Positions 32,300 through 43,039 of a stretch of DNA of 64,000 nucleotides are shown here, piece by piece (within the stretch, counting starts at the first letter, position 1; each line of letters starts with the position of its first letter). Both the position numbers and the translations under genes were made by a program. A model generated the notes under the pieces. That model was not told the DNA's origin. It searched no databases and worked only from the letters and a program-made list of their open reading frames with translations. Source of the DNA: Longimicrobiales bacterium (GTDB lineage: Bacteria > Gemmatimonadota > Gemmatimonadetes > Longimicrobiales > Gaopeijiaceae). The stretch spans positions 256,001-320,000 of the forward strand of contig CBDCNQ010000002.1 of the NCBI GenBank assembly GCA_965219445.1, read 5' to 3'.

Positions 32300-33235
32300 A
32301 TGAATTCCGATTCGCCCCTCCCAGACGCGGAGATGCCGACCCGAGCCGGTTATGTTGCACTCCTAGGCCGTCCCAACGCGGGCAAATCCACGCTCATGAA
32401 TCGTTTGCTCGGGCAAAAACTCAGCATCGTCACGGCCAAACCCCAGACAACTTGGCAACGCGTTACGGGTATCCATACTACGGACGGGACTCAGGCTATT
32501 TTCCTCGATACACCGGGCCTCCTTCTGGCAAAGGATCTCTTTCAGCACTCGATGCTTGAAGAGGCGCTGGAGGCGGTGAGGGAGGGGGATGTCGTCCTGC
32601 TTCTCGTGGACGCTACCGATCCGCTCCACGACGCGGAAAGAAAGGCCATATCGGATGCACTCTCCTTGTCGACGGCTCAGTTGATCGTCGTGATCAATAA
32701 GATCGATCAGGCCGGACCCGAGGAAGTTGTGACGATCTCCCAATGGGCCAAAGCTGAACTCCAGGCCGATGCGCTCGGAGTGTCGGCGCTTCACGGTGAG
32801 GGAGTGGAGGCGCTGTGGTCTGAGATCGAGGAGGCCTTACCCGAAGGGCCGTTCCTCTACCCACCGGACGACATCGCGGCCGCGCCGGTCCGGTTTTTCG
32901 TAGGGGAGCTCATCCGGGAGACCGTGTTCGAACAATTCCGCGAGGAGGTCCCTTACTCGATCTTCGCCGCGGTCGACGAGTTTCGTGAGGACCAGGACCC
33001 CGTCTATATCAAGGCGAATCTTTTCGTGGAGAGGAACTCGCAGAAGGGGATCCTAGTTGGGGACCGGGGGACCGCAATCCGTGAATTGGGTCGGGCGTCT
33101 CGCGAAAAGATCGAGGAATTCATCGGACGACGGGTTTACCTCGAGCTGCGAGTCAAAGTGCGCCCAAAGTGGCGACGGAGGGAAAAGGACCTTGGTCGGT
33201 TCGGCTTTCGGGTGCCCGGGAGGATACAGCGGTAA
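32300..33235 (+). CDS. era: GTPase Era
   Basis: GRPNAGKST, DTPG, NKID, EEVPYS, KH domain. Confidence 0.97.
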   Translation: MNSDSPLPDAEMPTRAGYVALLGRPNAGKSTLMNRLLGQKLSIVTAKPQTTWQRVTGIHTTDGTQAIFLDTPGLLLAKDLFQHSMLEEALEAVREGDVVLLLVDATDPLHDAERKAISDALSLSTAQLIVVINKIDQAGPEEVVTISQWAKAELQADALGVSALHGEGVEALWSEIEEALPEGPFLYPPDDIAAAPVRFFVGELIRETVFEQFREEVPYSIFAAVDEFREDQDPVYIKANLFVERNSQKGILVGDRGTAIRELGRASREKIEEFIGRRVYLELRVKVRPKWRRREKDLGRFGFRVPGRIQR

Positions 33236-34227
33236 TGATTAGAACATGGCAGATCTTGCTCGTCGTCCTGCTGGCGCTGGTTACATCGGGTCACGTTCTG
33301 GGTCAGGACACTCCCTCTGATCTATCCGCTCCCGAAGGAGCCCTTTTTCTGCTGTTACCCGTGGGAGCCGAAGGCATATCGCTTGGGCGTGCCATGACTG
33401 CGGTCACCAGCGCGGAGTCAGCGTTCTGGAACCCGGCCGGGCTTGCGGGTCTCGACCGGAGCGAGCTCGTGATCATGAGGGGAGATCCGCTCGCGGGTGT
33501 ATCGACCGCACTCTCGTGGTCCATCGCACGCCAGCCGCTCGGCGTACTGGGTCTCTCGTACCATCTGCTCGACGGGGGTGAACAGAACCTCGTAGACGAC
33601 CAGCAGAATGTCCGTGGTACGATCAGCATCCGGAGTCACGTCGGTGTGGTCTCCGCCGCGACACGCCTCGCCCGTTGGCTCGACGTTGGCGTGAACATGA
33701 AGCTGGTGCGATTCGATCTTGCCTGTCGTGGGCAGTGCGATGACGCCGGGGTCCAGTCAAGCGGTTGGGCCGGGGACGTCGGCCTCCAGGCACAGCCACT
33801 AGAGAATGTGCCACTCCGATTCGGCGCCATGGTGGCGCACTTCGGCCCGAGGTTCCAGGTCGTCAACGCTGCTCAAGCCGATCCTCTCCCGACCAGGATA
33901 AGGCTCTCGGTCGCCTACGAGGTGCTCCAGCACTTCGACCCTCCGGCGGATTTGGCACTATGGGTTCGGTTCGAGGTCGAGGATCGCCTGAAACAGCTTG
34001 GGAACGCTCCATCCTACTACGTGGCGACCGAATTGGTGGCCGGAAGTACCGACGCGATCTTCCTTCGGGCCAGTCACGCGAGGGAGGAAATCAAAGAGGC
34101 CGACGAAATCGCCTTCGGCCTGGGATTGCGATACCAGCGATTCGAACTCGCGCTGGCGAGGAGTTTCACGTCGTCGATTCTGGAGGGGAGTGAACCGGTC
34201 TACGTGTCATTTGGCCTCCTTTTCTAG
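33235..34227 (+). CDS. PorV/PorQ (UPF0164)-like outer membrane beta-barrel protein
   Basis: Signal peptide, FLLLPVGA....LG.A, FWNPAGLA, C-terminal Phe; ATG overlaps the era stop. Confidence 0.8.
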   Translation: MIRTWQILLVVLLALVTSGHVLGQDTPSDLSAPEGALFLLLPVGAEGISLGRAMTAVTSAESAFWNPAGLAGLDRSELVIMRGDPLAGVSTALSWSIARQPLGVLGLSYHLLDGGEQNLVDDQQNVRGTISIRSHVGVVSAATRLARWLDVGVNMKLVRFDLACRGQCDDAGVQSSGWAGDVGLQAQPLENVPLRFGAMVAHFGPRFQVVNAAQADPLPTRIRLSVAYEVLQHFDPPADLALWVRFEVEDRLKQLGNAPSYYVATELVAGSTDAIFLRASHAREEIKEADEIAFGLGLRYQRFELALARSFTSSILEGSEPVYVSFGLLF

Positions 34228-35125
34228 AAGGCGGGTCCCGCGACGAAGCCTATTCTGGGCGAGCCTGTTCGCCGTGGCTTCGGTGCCGGGATGGGATGGG
34301 GGAGCCGCCTCTGCCCAGGTGCTCGATCCGTGCCCCGTGCTTGCCGAGCCACATTTTCTGGTGCTCCGTGCGCAGACCCCATGCCCCTTGGCGGCGGGCC
34401 ACCAGGATGCGCACGAGCCTCCGGCCTTGAGCCCCGGCCGGGCGCTTCTCTATTCCGCGCTCGTTCCGGGGCTCGGACAGCGTAAGCTGGGCAAGGGTCG
34501 CTGGCTCGCCTACCTGGCAGTCGAGGGCGCGGCCTGGATCGCGTTTGGCCATCAGCAGTGGTCAGCAACCGATGAGAGAGGTCAGTATCGGGATCTGGCA
34601 TGGGACGTGGCTCGCTCGTTCGACGGCCCCAGGATGGATGGGGATTTTCCCTACTACGAAGCCATGGAGAAATTTCTCGCGTCCGGCGCTTTCGATTCGG
34701 ATCCCGGTGCTCCAGGTCTCCAGCCCGAGATGGACCCGTCCACTTTCAACGGCCAGGAGTGGCTTTTAGCCACCCAGATCCATTTCCCTCCTGGCTCGAA
34801 TCCTCTTCCCGGTGACCCGGAGTACGAGGCCGCCTTGGCGGACTATCGGGCCCGCGCTTACGACGAGCGCTTCGAATGGTCCTGGGCCGGGCAATCGACG
34901 GCTTTGACGGACTATAAGGAACTGATCGACTCGAGCGACGGATCCTTCAGGCGCGCATCACAATTTCTGGGTGTCGTCATCGCAAACCATCTCCTGAGCG
35001 GCATCGATGCCTTCGTGACTGCGAGGATACAGGGCTCCGGACGGAGTCAGACCGAGGTCCAGATTCGCCTCATACCTCCAGACGATAGGAGTCGGCTCGG
35101 GCTCGTCCTTCAGGTGAGACATTGA
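33998..35125 (+). CDS. hypothetical membrane protein (true start probably after ~34225)
   Basis: ALLYSALVPGLGQ...G motif and NHLLSGIDAF. Confidence 0.65.
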   Translation: MGTLHPTTWRPNWWPEVPTRSSFGPVTRGRKSKRPTKSPSAWDCDTSDSNSRWRGVSRRRFWRGVNRSTCHLASFSRRRVPRRSLFWASLFAVASVPGWDGGAASAQVLDPCPVLAEPHFLVLRAQTPCPLAAGHQDAHEPPALSPGRALLYSALVPGLGQRKLGKGRWLAYLAVEGAAWIAFGHQQWSATDERGQYRDLAWDVARSFDGPRMDGDFPYYEAMEKFLASGAFDSDPGAPGLQPEMDPSTFNGQEWLLATQIHFPPGSNPLPGDPEYEAALADYRARAYDERFEWSWAGQSTALTDYKELIDSSDGSFRRASQFLGVVIANHLLSGIDAFVTARIQGSGRSQTEVQIRLIPPDDRSRLGLVLQVRH

Positions 35126-35144
35126 CGTCGAGTGAGGGATTGAC

Positions 35145-37286
35145 GTGGCTCGGAAGGTGAAGATCCCCTCTGAAGACTCGGTGCTCGAATACCTCCGCCA
35201 CTCCCGACGGGGCCCGATGAAGGCGAAGCGGATCGCGAAGGGGCTGGGGGTGGCGCCGCGGGATTTTCGGGAGTTTCGGGCTCTCCTCAGAAGTATGCTC
35301 GAGCGGGGGCACGTATACCGTGTGAAAGGGCAGCGTTTCGCTGTGCCCGAGAAGGTCAGCCTCGTTGCGGGCCGGGTTGCGGTTACGCAGAAGGGCGACG
35401 GCTTCGTGACGCCGGACAAGGGTGGGCAAGACATCTTCGTGCCGGGCCTCTCCCTGGAGTCCGCCATGGATGGCGACCAGGTGTTTGTCCGAGTGGAGGG
35501 GCGTCCACGCGGCCGCAGTCCCGTTGGACGTGTGATCAAGGTTCTGGACCGAGCGCACGAGACGGTGGTGGGCACCTTTCACAGCTCGCGCTCCTTCGGG
35601 GTGGTTCACCCCCGAAATCGTCGAATATCCCCAGAGATCTTGGTGGCTCAGGGAGAGGAAGCGACGGCTTCGGAGGGTGACATCGTGGTCGCCCGCATCA
35701 CGACGTACGGTAGTGGCAAGGTTGGGCCGATGGGCCGCGTCGAGACGGTGTTAGGGAAATCGGCTGATCCGGGCGTCGACATCCTGTCCGTGATCCACGA
35801 CCACGGGTTGCCGTTGGCCTTTCCGGACGGCGTCGTTGAGGCGGCGCGTCAGGCCGTGGTCCATCGAAGGAAGGATCCGGGAGACCACCGCACCGACCGG
35901 CGGGACCTTCATGTATTCACCATCGACCCGGCGGATGCCAAGGACCATGACGATGCGCTCTCGGTCCGGTCTCTCGGAGACGGGTCCTGGGAGGTCGGCA
36001 TCCATATCGCCGACGTCTCCCATTTCGTTAGCGCGGGGGACGAGGTGGACCTGGAGGCCTTCAAGCGGGGCACGAGCGTCTACCTTGTGGACCGGGTCAT
36101 TCCGATGCTCCCACATGAGCTATCGACCGACGCCTGTTCTTTGCTTCCGGACACGGACCGGTTCGCGGTGTCGGTCTTCGCTACGGTGGACTCGGCCGGC
36201 CGCGTCCGAGACTCCCGGTTCGAACGCACGGAGATCCGAAGCAGGCATAAGCTCAGTTACGAAGAGGCGCAGGCCGTCTTGGACAACGAAAAGGCGATCG
36301 ATCCCGAGACGGATGAGGCCCTCCGCTCCCTGGCGACCCTTGCCGAAATCCTGCGTGAGAAACGGAGGGCTCGTGGCTCACTGGACTTCGACCTACCGGA
36401 GGCCCACGTGCTGCTGAGTGAAGGGGGTAAGCCGGTCTCGATCCTTCGGATCGAAAGGTTGGAAAGCCACCGCCTTGTCGAGGCCTTCATGCTGCTCGCC
36501 AACGAGGTCGTGGCGCGTGTGGCGGGAGTAGAGCGGTTGCCGATCCTCTACCGGGTACATGAGCCCCCTCCCACCGACAAGATGCGGGACCTGCGAACGC
36601 TCCTGGGCCGCCTCAGTTACAGTGTTCCCAAGGGGAAGATCTCGCAAAAAGACCTACAAGCGGTACTCGAGCAGGTCGAGGGGCGGTCCGAAGAAAAACT
36701 CGTCTCTACGGTCATCCTCCGGTCCATGAGCCGAGCCCGGTACAATGCCCGAAACCTCGGCCACTACGGCCTGGCGTCGGACTGGTACACGCATTTCACG
36801 TCGCCTATCCGGCGGTATCCGGATCTGTGGCTGCACCGGGTTCTCACGCACACCCTCGTCGAGGGTAGCACTGCTCCGGAAGACTGGAAGGGACAGGATC
36901 TCGAGGAAAAAGCGGAGCGTTGCAGCGTGCGCGAAAGAGTCGCAGAGGCCGCGGAAAGAGAAAGTGTAGACCTCAAGAAGGTCGAATACATGGAGCGGCA
37001 CCTCGGCGACGAATTCTTCGGCACGGTGTCCGGCGTCACGTCCTTCGGGATTTTCGTTCTCCTCGACGACGTCTTCGTGGAGGGACTGGTCCACGTGAAC
37101 AGCATGACCGACGATTATTACATCTTCCGCCAGGACCGTTACATGTTGGTCGGAGAGCGGTCGCACCGTACCTTCCGTCTAGGGGACCGCCTGGAGATAC
37201 AGGTGGCTCGCGTCGATAAGGAGGAACTTTTTATCGACTTCACCATTGTAGACTCATCGAAAACCTCGAAAAGGGCGAGGTATTGA
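35145..37286 (+). CDS. rnr: ribonuclease R
   Basis: TIDPADAKDHDDALS, HFTSPIRRYPDL, C-terminal S1 domain. Confidence 0.96.
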   Translation: MARKVKIPSEDSVLEYLRHSRRGPMKAKRIAKGLGVAPRDFREFRALLRSMLERGHVYRVKGQRFAVPEKVSLVAGRVAVTQKGDGFVTPDKGGQDIFVPGLSLESAMDGDQVFVRVEGRPRGRSPVGRVIKVLDRAHETVVGTFHSSRSFGVVHPRNRRISPEILVAQGEEATASEGDIVVARITTYGSGKVGPMGRVETVLGKSADPGVDILSVIHDHGLPLAFPDGVVEAARQAVVHRRKDPGDHRTDRRDLHVFTIDPADAKDHDDALSVRSLGDGSWEVGIHIADVSHFVSAGDEVDLEAFKRGTSVYLVDRVIPMLPHELSTDACSLLPDTDRFAVSVFATVDSAGRVRDSRFERTEIRSRHKLSYEEAQAVLDNEKAIDPETDEALRSLATLAEILREKRRARGSLDFDLPEAHVLLSEGGKPVSILRIERLESHRLVEAFMLLANEVVARVAGVERLPILYRVHEPPPTDKMRDLRTLLGRLSYSVPKGKISQKDLQAVLEQVEGRSEEKLVSTVILRSMSRARYNARNLGHYGLASDWYTHFTSPIRRYPDLWLHRVLTHTLVEGSTAPEDWKGQDLEEKAERCSVRERVAEAAERESVDLKKVEYMERHLGDEFFGTVSGVTSFGIFVLLDDVFVEGLVHVNSMTDDYYIFRQDRYMLVGERSHRTFRLGDRLEIQVARVDKEELFIDFTIVDSSKTSKRARY

Positions 37287-37359
37287 CCTGGTGAGGTAGA
37301 GACGCGGTGTTGACAGCCACCAAGGGTCACCACTACGCTCGCAACGTCCATCTCCCCAA

Positions 37360-38328
37360 TTGCAAGGTGGCATGTCCACACGGCCGATCGTGTACAAGGG
37401 CTCGTGGCCCGGAAAGTGGTCGGATCTGCTTTCCCGGTTTTCGGCTCGACATGACCTTCCCCTCGAGACCACTGAGGAACTCGAGGAAGTCCACGCGTTC
37501 GTCAACCGTGCGTTCCCGTCGTGTCTGGTGCTGGAGGGCGCGAGCGATACGGAAGACGCGCTTGCTCTCTGCTCTGATCTGAAGAAGGACCCGTTCACCG
37601 CGGTCGTACCGATCGTCGTGTTGGTTCTGGCCGACCAGACGGACCTGATCTCTGACTGGCTCGCGGCAGGAGCCGACGAGGTCGTCTCCGAGACCCACTC
37701 CGAACGGGAGCAAGATCTACGGCTCGGGCTCGTAATCCGACGCGCCCAACGGGATGTCGCTGTGCATCCAACGACTCGGCTTCCGGGGACCGTCCAGATC
37801 GAGCGAGATATCGGTGAACGTCTCCGGATCGGAGAGGAATTCGCCGTATGCTATGCGGACCTAGACAACTTCAAGGAGTTCAACGACCGATACGGGTATA
37901 ACCACGGGGATCACGTGATCTTGCTGCTCTCCCGGATCCTTCGGGATGTGGTTCGCGGGCTTGCACCGGATGGATTCGTGGGTCACATCGGCGGCGATGA
38001 CTTTATCTTCATCCTCAACATGAAGTATCTTGAAAGATGTTGCGACGAGATCATCTATCTCTTCGACGAGCTCATCCCGTATCAATACACGGTGGAGGAC
38101 CGTCGCGCCGGTTATTTTCTCGGGAAGGACCGCCGGGGCAGCATAAGACGGGTTCCGCTGATGACGCTTTCGATCGGTGTCGTCACGAACCAGATCCAGC
38201 CGTTTTCGCACACGGCCCAGGTGAGCGAGTTAGCTGCAGAAATGAAGACCTACACGAAGTCGCTCCCCGGCTCGGTCTATGCCGTAGACCGTAGACGGCC
38301 ATTCAAAGAAGAAGTCGAGCAACCATGA
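37360..38328 (+). CDS. diguanylate cyclase-like protein with degenerate receiver domain
   Basis: DLDNFKEFNDRYG, GHIGGDDF. Confidence 0.88.
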   Translation: MQGGMSTRPIVYKGSWPGKWSDLLSRFSARHDLPLETTEELEEVHAFVNRAFPSCLVLEGASDTEDALALCSDLKKDPFTAVVPIVVLVLADQTDLISDWLAAGADEVVSETHSEREQDLRLGLVIRRAQRDVAVHPTTRLPGTVQIERDIGERLRIGEEFAVCYADLDNFKEFNDRYGYNHGDHVILLLSRILRDVVRGLAPDGFVGHIGGDDFIFILNMKYLERCCDEIIYLFDELIPYQYTVEDRRAGYFLGKDRRGSIRRVPLMTLSIGVVTNQIQPFSHTAQVSELAAEMKTYTKSLPGSVYAVDRRRPFKEEVEQP

Positions 38329-38957
38329 CGATTACGGTTTCCTGTCCGTCCTGTGAAACGTCCTTTCCCGTCGACCCGGACAAGGTCCCGGCAGAAGGAG
38401 TACGCGCGCAATGCAGCGTCTGTCCCGAAATCTTTGACGTCGATAAACCGAATGGGGTCAGCCCCGAGGCAGCCGATCCCCTGGAAGCTGCTGCGGTGGA
38501 TCTACCGGGGGTCGAAGGGTCCCTCGAGACAACCGATTACAGCGTCACAGAAGACGAGGCGACCGACGGAGACATCGACCTGGGCCCAACCGAGGACTAC
38601 GCGACCGGAGACGTGGCGATCGACATCGGGCCGGTCGACCCGCCCGCAGCGGGGGTCGTCGAGTCGTCGCCGGAAAGTCCGGGTGCCATCCGATTCGGTC
38701 GGCGTAGCCCCGAGGATAAGGCGAAGAGCTTGGCGAGGAGCCTGGTGTCAGACTTGATCGCCTACAATCCCGAGAAACACAAAGAAGCGCTAGCGACCGA
38801 GACCCTACAGGAGGTCTTCGGCGAAGAAATAGAGAAGTCCCTGAAGGAATACCAGGAGCAGGTAGAGCCTGACGTGATGGCCCGGGGCTCATTCTTCAAC
38901 GATGCCCTCAACTCGATCCTGGCTGAGGGACAATCAATCTTCACCCTCGACGACTAA
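38325..38957 (+). CDS. zinc-ribbon (MJ0042-like) domain protein
   Basis: CPSC...F......VP..G....CSVC; acidic linker; KAKSLARSLVSD C-terminal domain. Confidence 0.85.
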   Translation: MTITVSCPSCETSFPVDPDKVPAEGVRAQCSVCPEIFDVDKPNGVSPEAADPLEAAAVDLPGVEGSLETTDYSVTEDEATDGDIDLGPTEDYATGDVAIDIGPVDPPAAGVVESSPESPGAIRFGRRSPEDKAKSLARSLVSDLIAYNPEKHKEALATETLQEVFGEEIEKSLKEYQEQVEPDVMARGSFFNDALNSILAEGQSIFTLDD

Positions 38958-38991
38958 GAGGCTGGTAGGCTGGAATATATTCCCGGCAGCC

Positions 38992-39022
38992 GAGGGGTCG
39001 TCCTTGCGGACGGCCCCTTCTT
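38992..39022 (+). terminator. possible terminator hairpin
   Basis: GAGGGGTCGTCC-TTGC-GGACGGCCCCTT with a weak U tail. Confidence 0.5.
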
Positions 39023-39098
39023 GCGTTGAATGGACTTCGAGAAGGGTGACCCACTCCCCTTCCGATCACCTTTCTAGGACGGAAGAGATCCCGTGGCG

Positions 39099-40212
39099 AT
39101 GACCAAGGAAGGCCTCCAGCGCTTGGACGTGATCCGCGGACTCATCTCCGACCTTCGGGGGTATCTTTGACGTCGACGGGAAGAGCGTTCGAATTGAGGA
39201 ACTCGACAAGCAGATGGCTGCTGCCGGATTCTGGGACAACCAGGATCAGGCGCGCGAAGTCATCGCCGAGTCGAATCGCCTGAAGGGTTGGGTCGAACCC
39301 TGGAAGAGACTGGACGAACAGTCCTCCGACCTCATCGAAATGGCCACGCTCCTGGAGATGGAGTCGGATGATGATCTCGAGGCGGAATGGCTCGCCGAGG
39401 TCGAGGAAATGGAACGCCTCATCACGGCGCTCGAAGTCCGTACAATGCTCCAGGGAGCCGATGATCATCGGGGGGCATTACTCACGGTTCACCCAGGCGC
39501 GGGTGGCTTGGAGTCGCAGGATTGGGCCGAGATGCTGACCCGCATGTATACGCGGTGGGCCGAGCGCCACGGCTATAGCGTCAACGTGCTCGATATGCAA
39601 CCAGGCGATGAGGCCGGGATCAAGAGCGCGACGCTGGAGGTCTCGGGGGAGGACGCCTACGGCTATCTGAAGGCGGAGAAGGGCGTACACCGGCTCGTGC
39701 GTATATCACCCTTCGACGCTCAGTCGCGGCGGCATACGTCCTTTGCGAGCGTGTTCGTGTATCCGCAGGTGGACGACGAGATCGAAATCGAAATCGACGA
39801 GTCGGATTTACGCATCGACACGTTCCGTGCATCCGGCGCAGGCGGGCAGCACGTGAACAAGACGGATTCCGCGATCCGGATCACCCACGTTCCCACGGGA
39901 ATCGTCGTCTCCTGCCAGCAAGAGCGGTCTCAGCACAAGAATCGCGCGACGGCCATGAAGATGCTCAAGGCCGGACTGTACGAGCGTGCTCTGGAGGAAC
40001 AGGAGAAAGAGAAGGCTGTGCTCGAGGCCACGAAGACGGAGATCGCGTGGGGGAACCAAATTCGGTCCTACGTCTTTCAGCCCTATACGATGGTCAACGA
40101 TCATCGGACTGAAGTGAAGGTCGGTGACGTGAACAAGGTGATGGATGGTGACCTCGATCCATTTATCGAGGCTTACCTGAAACGGTCCGCCGGACAGGGT
40201 GCGGGAACTTGA
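39099..40212 (+). CDS. prfB: peptide chain release factor 2 with programmed +1 frameshift at 39165-39171
   Basis: GGGGGTAT-CTT-TGA-C slip site in frame with ATG 39099; SPF and GGQ motifs. Confidence 0.97.
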
Positions 40213-41774
40213 CTGAATCTTCGCGGGGGAGTGAGGCTGAGGCACTCACGTCCGAGGACCTGAGCCAAGTCAGGCGGCACCGCCAGAACAAGCTAAAGGC
40301 GATCCGGGAGCGGGGCCTCGAGCCGTACGCGTATACGTATGACCGGACCCATCTCACCGTCGAGGCCGCCTCGCTCTTCGAGCAGGCCGAGCAGGCAGGT
40401 GAGCTCGATGAGAACCACCGGGGGGGCCGGGTGTCGGTCGCGGGACGCATCACGAGTTACCGGTCCCATGGGAAGAGCGCGTTCGCGCATATCGAGGATC
40501 GCTCCGGTCCGATTCAGGTCTATTTCCGCAAGGACGTACTCGGAGACGAGCCGTTCGAGACGCTGGAATTGCTCGACCTCAGTGATTGGATCGGCGTGGC
40601 GGGCGTGCTCTTTAGGACACGCACGGGAGAGGTCACCGTACAGGTGCAGGACTGGACGCTCCTTTCGAAGTCCCTGCGGCCGCTCCCCTTCGGGAAGACC
40701 GAGACGGACGGGGAGACCGGGGAACGCAGCACGTTTAGCGGATTCACGGACAAGGAAGCCCGGTACCGACAACGGTATGCGGACCTTGCGGTCAATCCCG
40801 ACGTCCGGGAGGTATTCCGGGCCCGCGCCAAGATCATCTCGGAACTCCGCAGCTTCTTGGACGGTGAGGATTTCCTGGAAGTGGAGACGCCGGCCCTTCA
40901 GCCTCTGTACGGTGGGGCCGCGGCGCGTCCGTTCCTCACCAAGCACAAGGCTCTGGACCGGAACCTCTACCTTCGGATCGCCGACGAGCTCTACCTCAAG
41001 CGGCTCATCGTCGGGGGTTTGGGGCGTGTGTACGAGATCTGCAAGGACTTCCGGAACGAGGGCATCGATCGTTTCCATAATCCCGAGTTCACCATGCTCG
41101 AATTCTACCAGGCCTTCATCGACTATAAGGGCTTGATGGACCTGACGGAGCGTATGTTGGAGCACGTGGTTCGGTCGGCGACGGGTTCGCTCGAAATCGA
41201 CTACCAAGGCTATGAGATCGACTTCGCCGGACCCTACGAGCGTGTGCCTATGCTGGACAGCCTCTCCGAAGCCCTCGGAGCCGATGTGCGCGTGCTTTCC
41301 GCCGACGACCTGCGAGCCCATGCCGAGCGCTTGAAGCTCCCCGATCTCGAGGGAGCTGGCTGGGGCAAGCTCATCGATAAGCTCTTCGGGGAACTGGTTC
41401 AGCCGAAGCTGATCCGGCCCACCTTTGTGGTGGACCACCCCAAGGAGCTCAGCCCCCTCGCAAAGCAACATCGCGACGACCCCGACCTCACCGAGCGGTT
41501 CGAGCTCATCGTCGCGGGGGAGGAAATCGCGAACGCCTTCTCGGAGTTGAACGATCCGATCGACCAGAGGCAGCGCTTCGGTGCCCAGGCCCGGCTCAAG
41601 GAAGCTGGCGATGACGAGACGCAGCCGATCGACGAGGACTACCTGAGGGCCCTCGAATACGGCATGCCTCCGACTGGAGGCCTGGGCATGGGGGTCGATC
41701 GGCTGACGATGCTCCTCACGGATCAACCCTCGATTCGCGACGTGATCCTTTTCCCCACGCTCCGCGACGAGTGA
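40209..41774 (+). CDS. lysS: lysine--tRNA ligase (class II)
   Basis: RYRQRYADL, EVETP, FRNEGID..HNPEF, YGMPPTGGLGMGVDRL. Confidence 0.98.
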   Translation: MTESSRGSEAEALTSEDLSQVRRHRQNKLKAIRERGLEPYAYTYDRTHLTVEAASLFEQAEQAGELDENHRGGRVSVAGRITSYRSHGKSAFAHIEDRSGPIQVYFRKDVLGDEPFETLELLDLSDWIGVAGVLFRTRTGEVTVQVQDWTLLSKSLRPLPFGKTETDGETGERSTFSGFTDKEARYRQRYADLAVNPDVREVFRARAKIISELRSFLDGEDFLEVETPALQPLYGGAAARPFLTKHKALDRNLYLRIADELYLKRLIVGGLGRVYEICKDFRNEGIDRFHNPEFTMLEFYQAFIDYKGLMDLTERMLEHVVRSATGSLEIDYQGYEIDFAGPYERVPMLDSLSEALGADVRVLSADDLRAHAERLKLPDLEGAGWGKLIDKLFGELVQPKLIRPTFVVDHPKELSPLAKQHRDDPDLTERFELIVAGEEIANAFSELNDPIDQRQRFGAQARLKEAGDDETQPIDEDYLRALEYGMPPTGGLGMGVDRLTMLLTDQPSIRDVILFPTLRDE

Positions 41775-43039
41775 TGTCCTCTCCCTCGCCGCGTCGTGGA
41801 TTGGAGTGGTACGTCGCGCGACGGTATATGGCGTCCAGGCGTAGAGGCCGCCTGTTCTCCTTCATCACGTGGATCGCGTTGGGTGGAGTGACGATCGGGG
41901 TCGGCGCTCTCGTGGTCGTGATCGGCGTGATGTCGGGAATGCAGGAAGATCTCCTGGGAAAGATTCTGGAGTCCTCTCCCCACGTGCTCATCCAGCAGCA
42001 GGGCAGCAGTCTACGGATGGATGACTGGGAGACGGTGGCCGAGCGAGTCCGGCAAATCGAAGGCGTCGAGGCCGTCGCCCCCTGGGTCCTCACCACAGTC
42101 ACCGCTCTTCGGGGGAGATATTCGCAGTCCGCCGACATGTACGGGGTGGCCCTCGATGTAAGGGGACCGGCGGTCACCGAGATGGAGGCCCGGATTAAGG
42201 AGGGGGCTCACGACCTCGGTCCGACCGACTCCGGCCTCCCACCCATCCTGATGGGAAGCCGGCTCGCAGCCCGAATGCAGGTCTTGAACGGAGACACACT
42301 CACACTGATCGCCTTCGAGAACCTGACCGTGGACGTGATGGGGATGCCCTCTCCCAGCATGCGTCAGTATGAAGTCACTGGGACTTTTACGACCGGCATG
42401 TACGACTATGACGTCAAGAACATCTATGTGCCGATCGAGGCGGCACAGGAGCAGTTGGGTATTCTGGACCGCGACCAGGTTTCCGGGCTCGGGGTACGGG
42501 TCGACGATCCTGATCAAGCGTTATTGGTGTCAGACCTGATTCAGAACTCGCTCGGCAACGAATTCTATGCCGTCAGTTGGAGCACGACCAACCGGGCCCT
42601 CTTTTCGGCGCTCGAGCTCGAGAAGCTGGCCATGTACCTGATTCTGACGCTGATCGTCGTCGTCGCCGCGTTCAACATCGTTAGCACTCTCGTGATGGTG
42701 GTGGTGGACCGAACGCGAGAGATCGGCATCCTCAAGTCCATGGGAATGACGGACCGCATGATTCTCAGAATCTTCATGCTCCAGGGCCTCTCCATCGGAA
42801 TCATCGGTACCACCCTGGGGACGGTAATCGGATTGGTGCTCTCTTGGGTGTTGGACACCTTCGAGATCATCACGATTCCGGCGGAGGTGTACTTCGTCGA
42901 GAACCTACCGGTCTCGGTCCACGCGACCGACGTCGGGATGATCGTGAGCGTAAGCCTTATCATCGCTTTCCTGGCCACGATCTATCCCGCGCTGAAAGCA
43001 TCTCAGCTTGAGCCCGTCCAGGCGATCCGGCATGAATAG
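41771..43039 (+). CDS. lolC: lipoprotein-releasing ABC permease LolC/LolE
   Basis: VVAAFNIVSTL.M.V.DRTREIGILKSMG, ATIYPA. Confidence 0.9.
   Translation: MMSSPSPRRGLEWYVARRYMASRRRGRLFSFITWIALGGVTIGVGALVVVIGVMSGMQEDLLGKILESSPHVLIQQQGSSLRMDDWETVAERVRQIEGVEAVAPWVLTTVTALRGRYSQSADMYGVALDVRGPAVTEMEARIKEGAHDLGPTDSGLPPILMGSRLAARMQVLNGDTLTLIAFENLTVDVMGMPSPSMRQYEVTGTFTTGMYDYDVKNIYVPIEAAQEQLGILDRDQVSGLGVRVDDPDQALLVSDLIQNSLGNEFYAVSWSTTNRALFSALELEKLAMYLILTLIVVVAAFNIVSTLVMVVVDRTREIGILKSMGMTDRMILRIFMLQGLSIGIIGTTLGTVIGLVLSWVLDTFEIITIPAEVYFVENLPVSVHATDVGMIVSVSLIIAFLATIYPALKASQLEPVQAIRHE

Noticed and set aside
40293..41726. 477-aa minus-strand ORF
   Set aside because: Antisense shadow of lysS.
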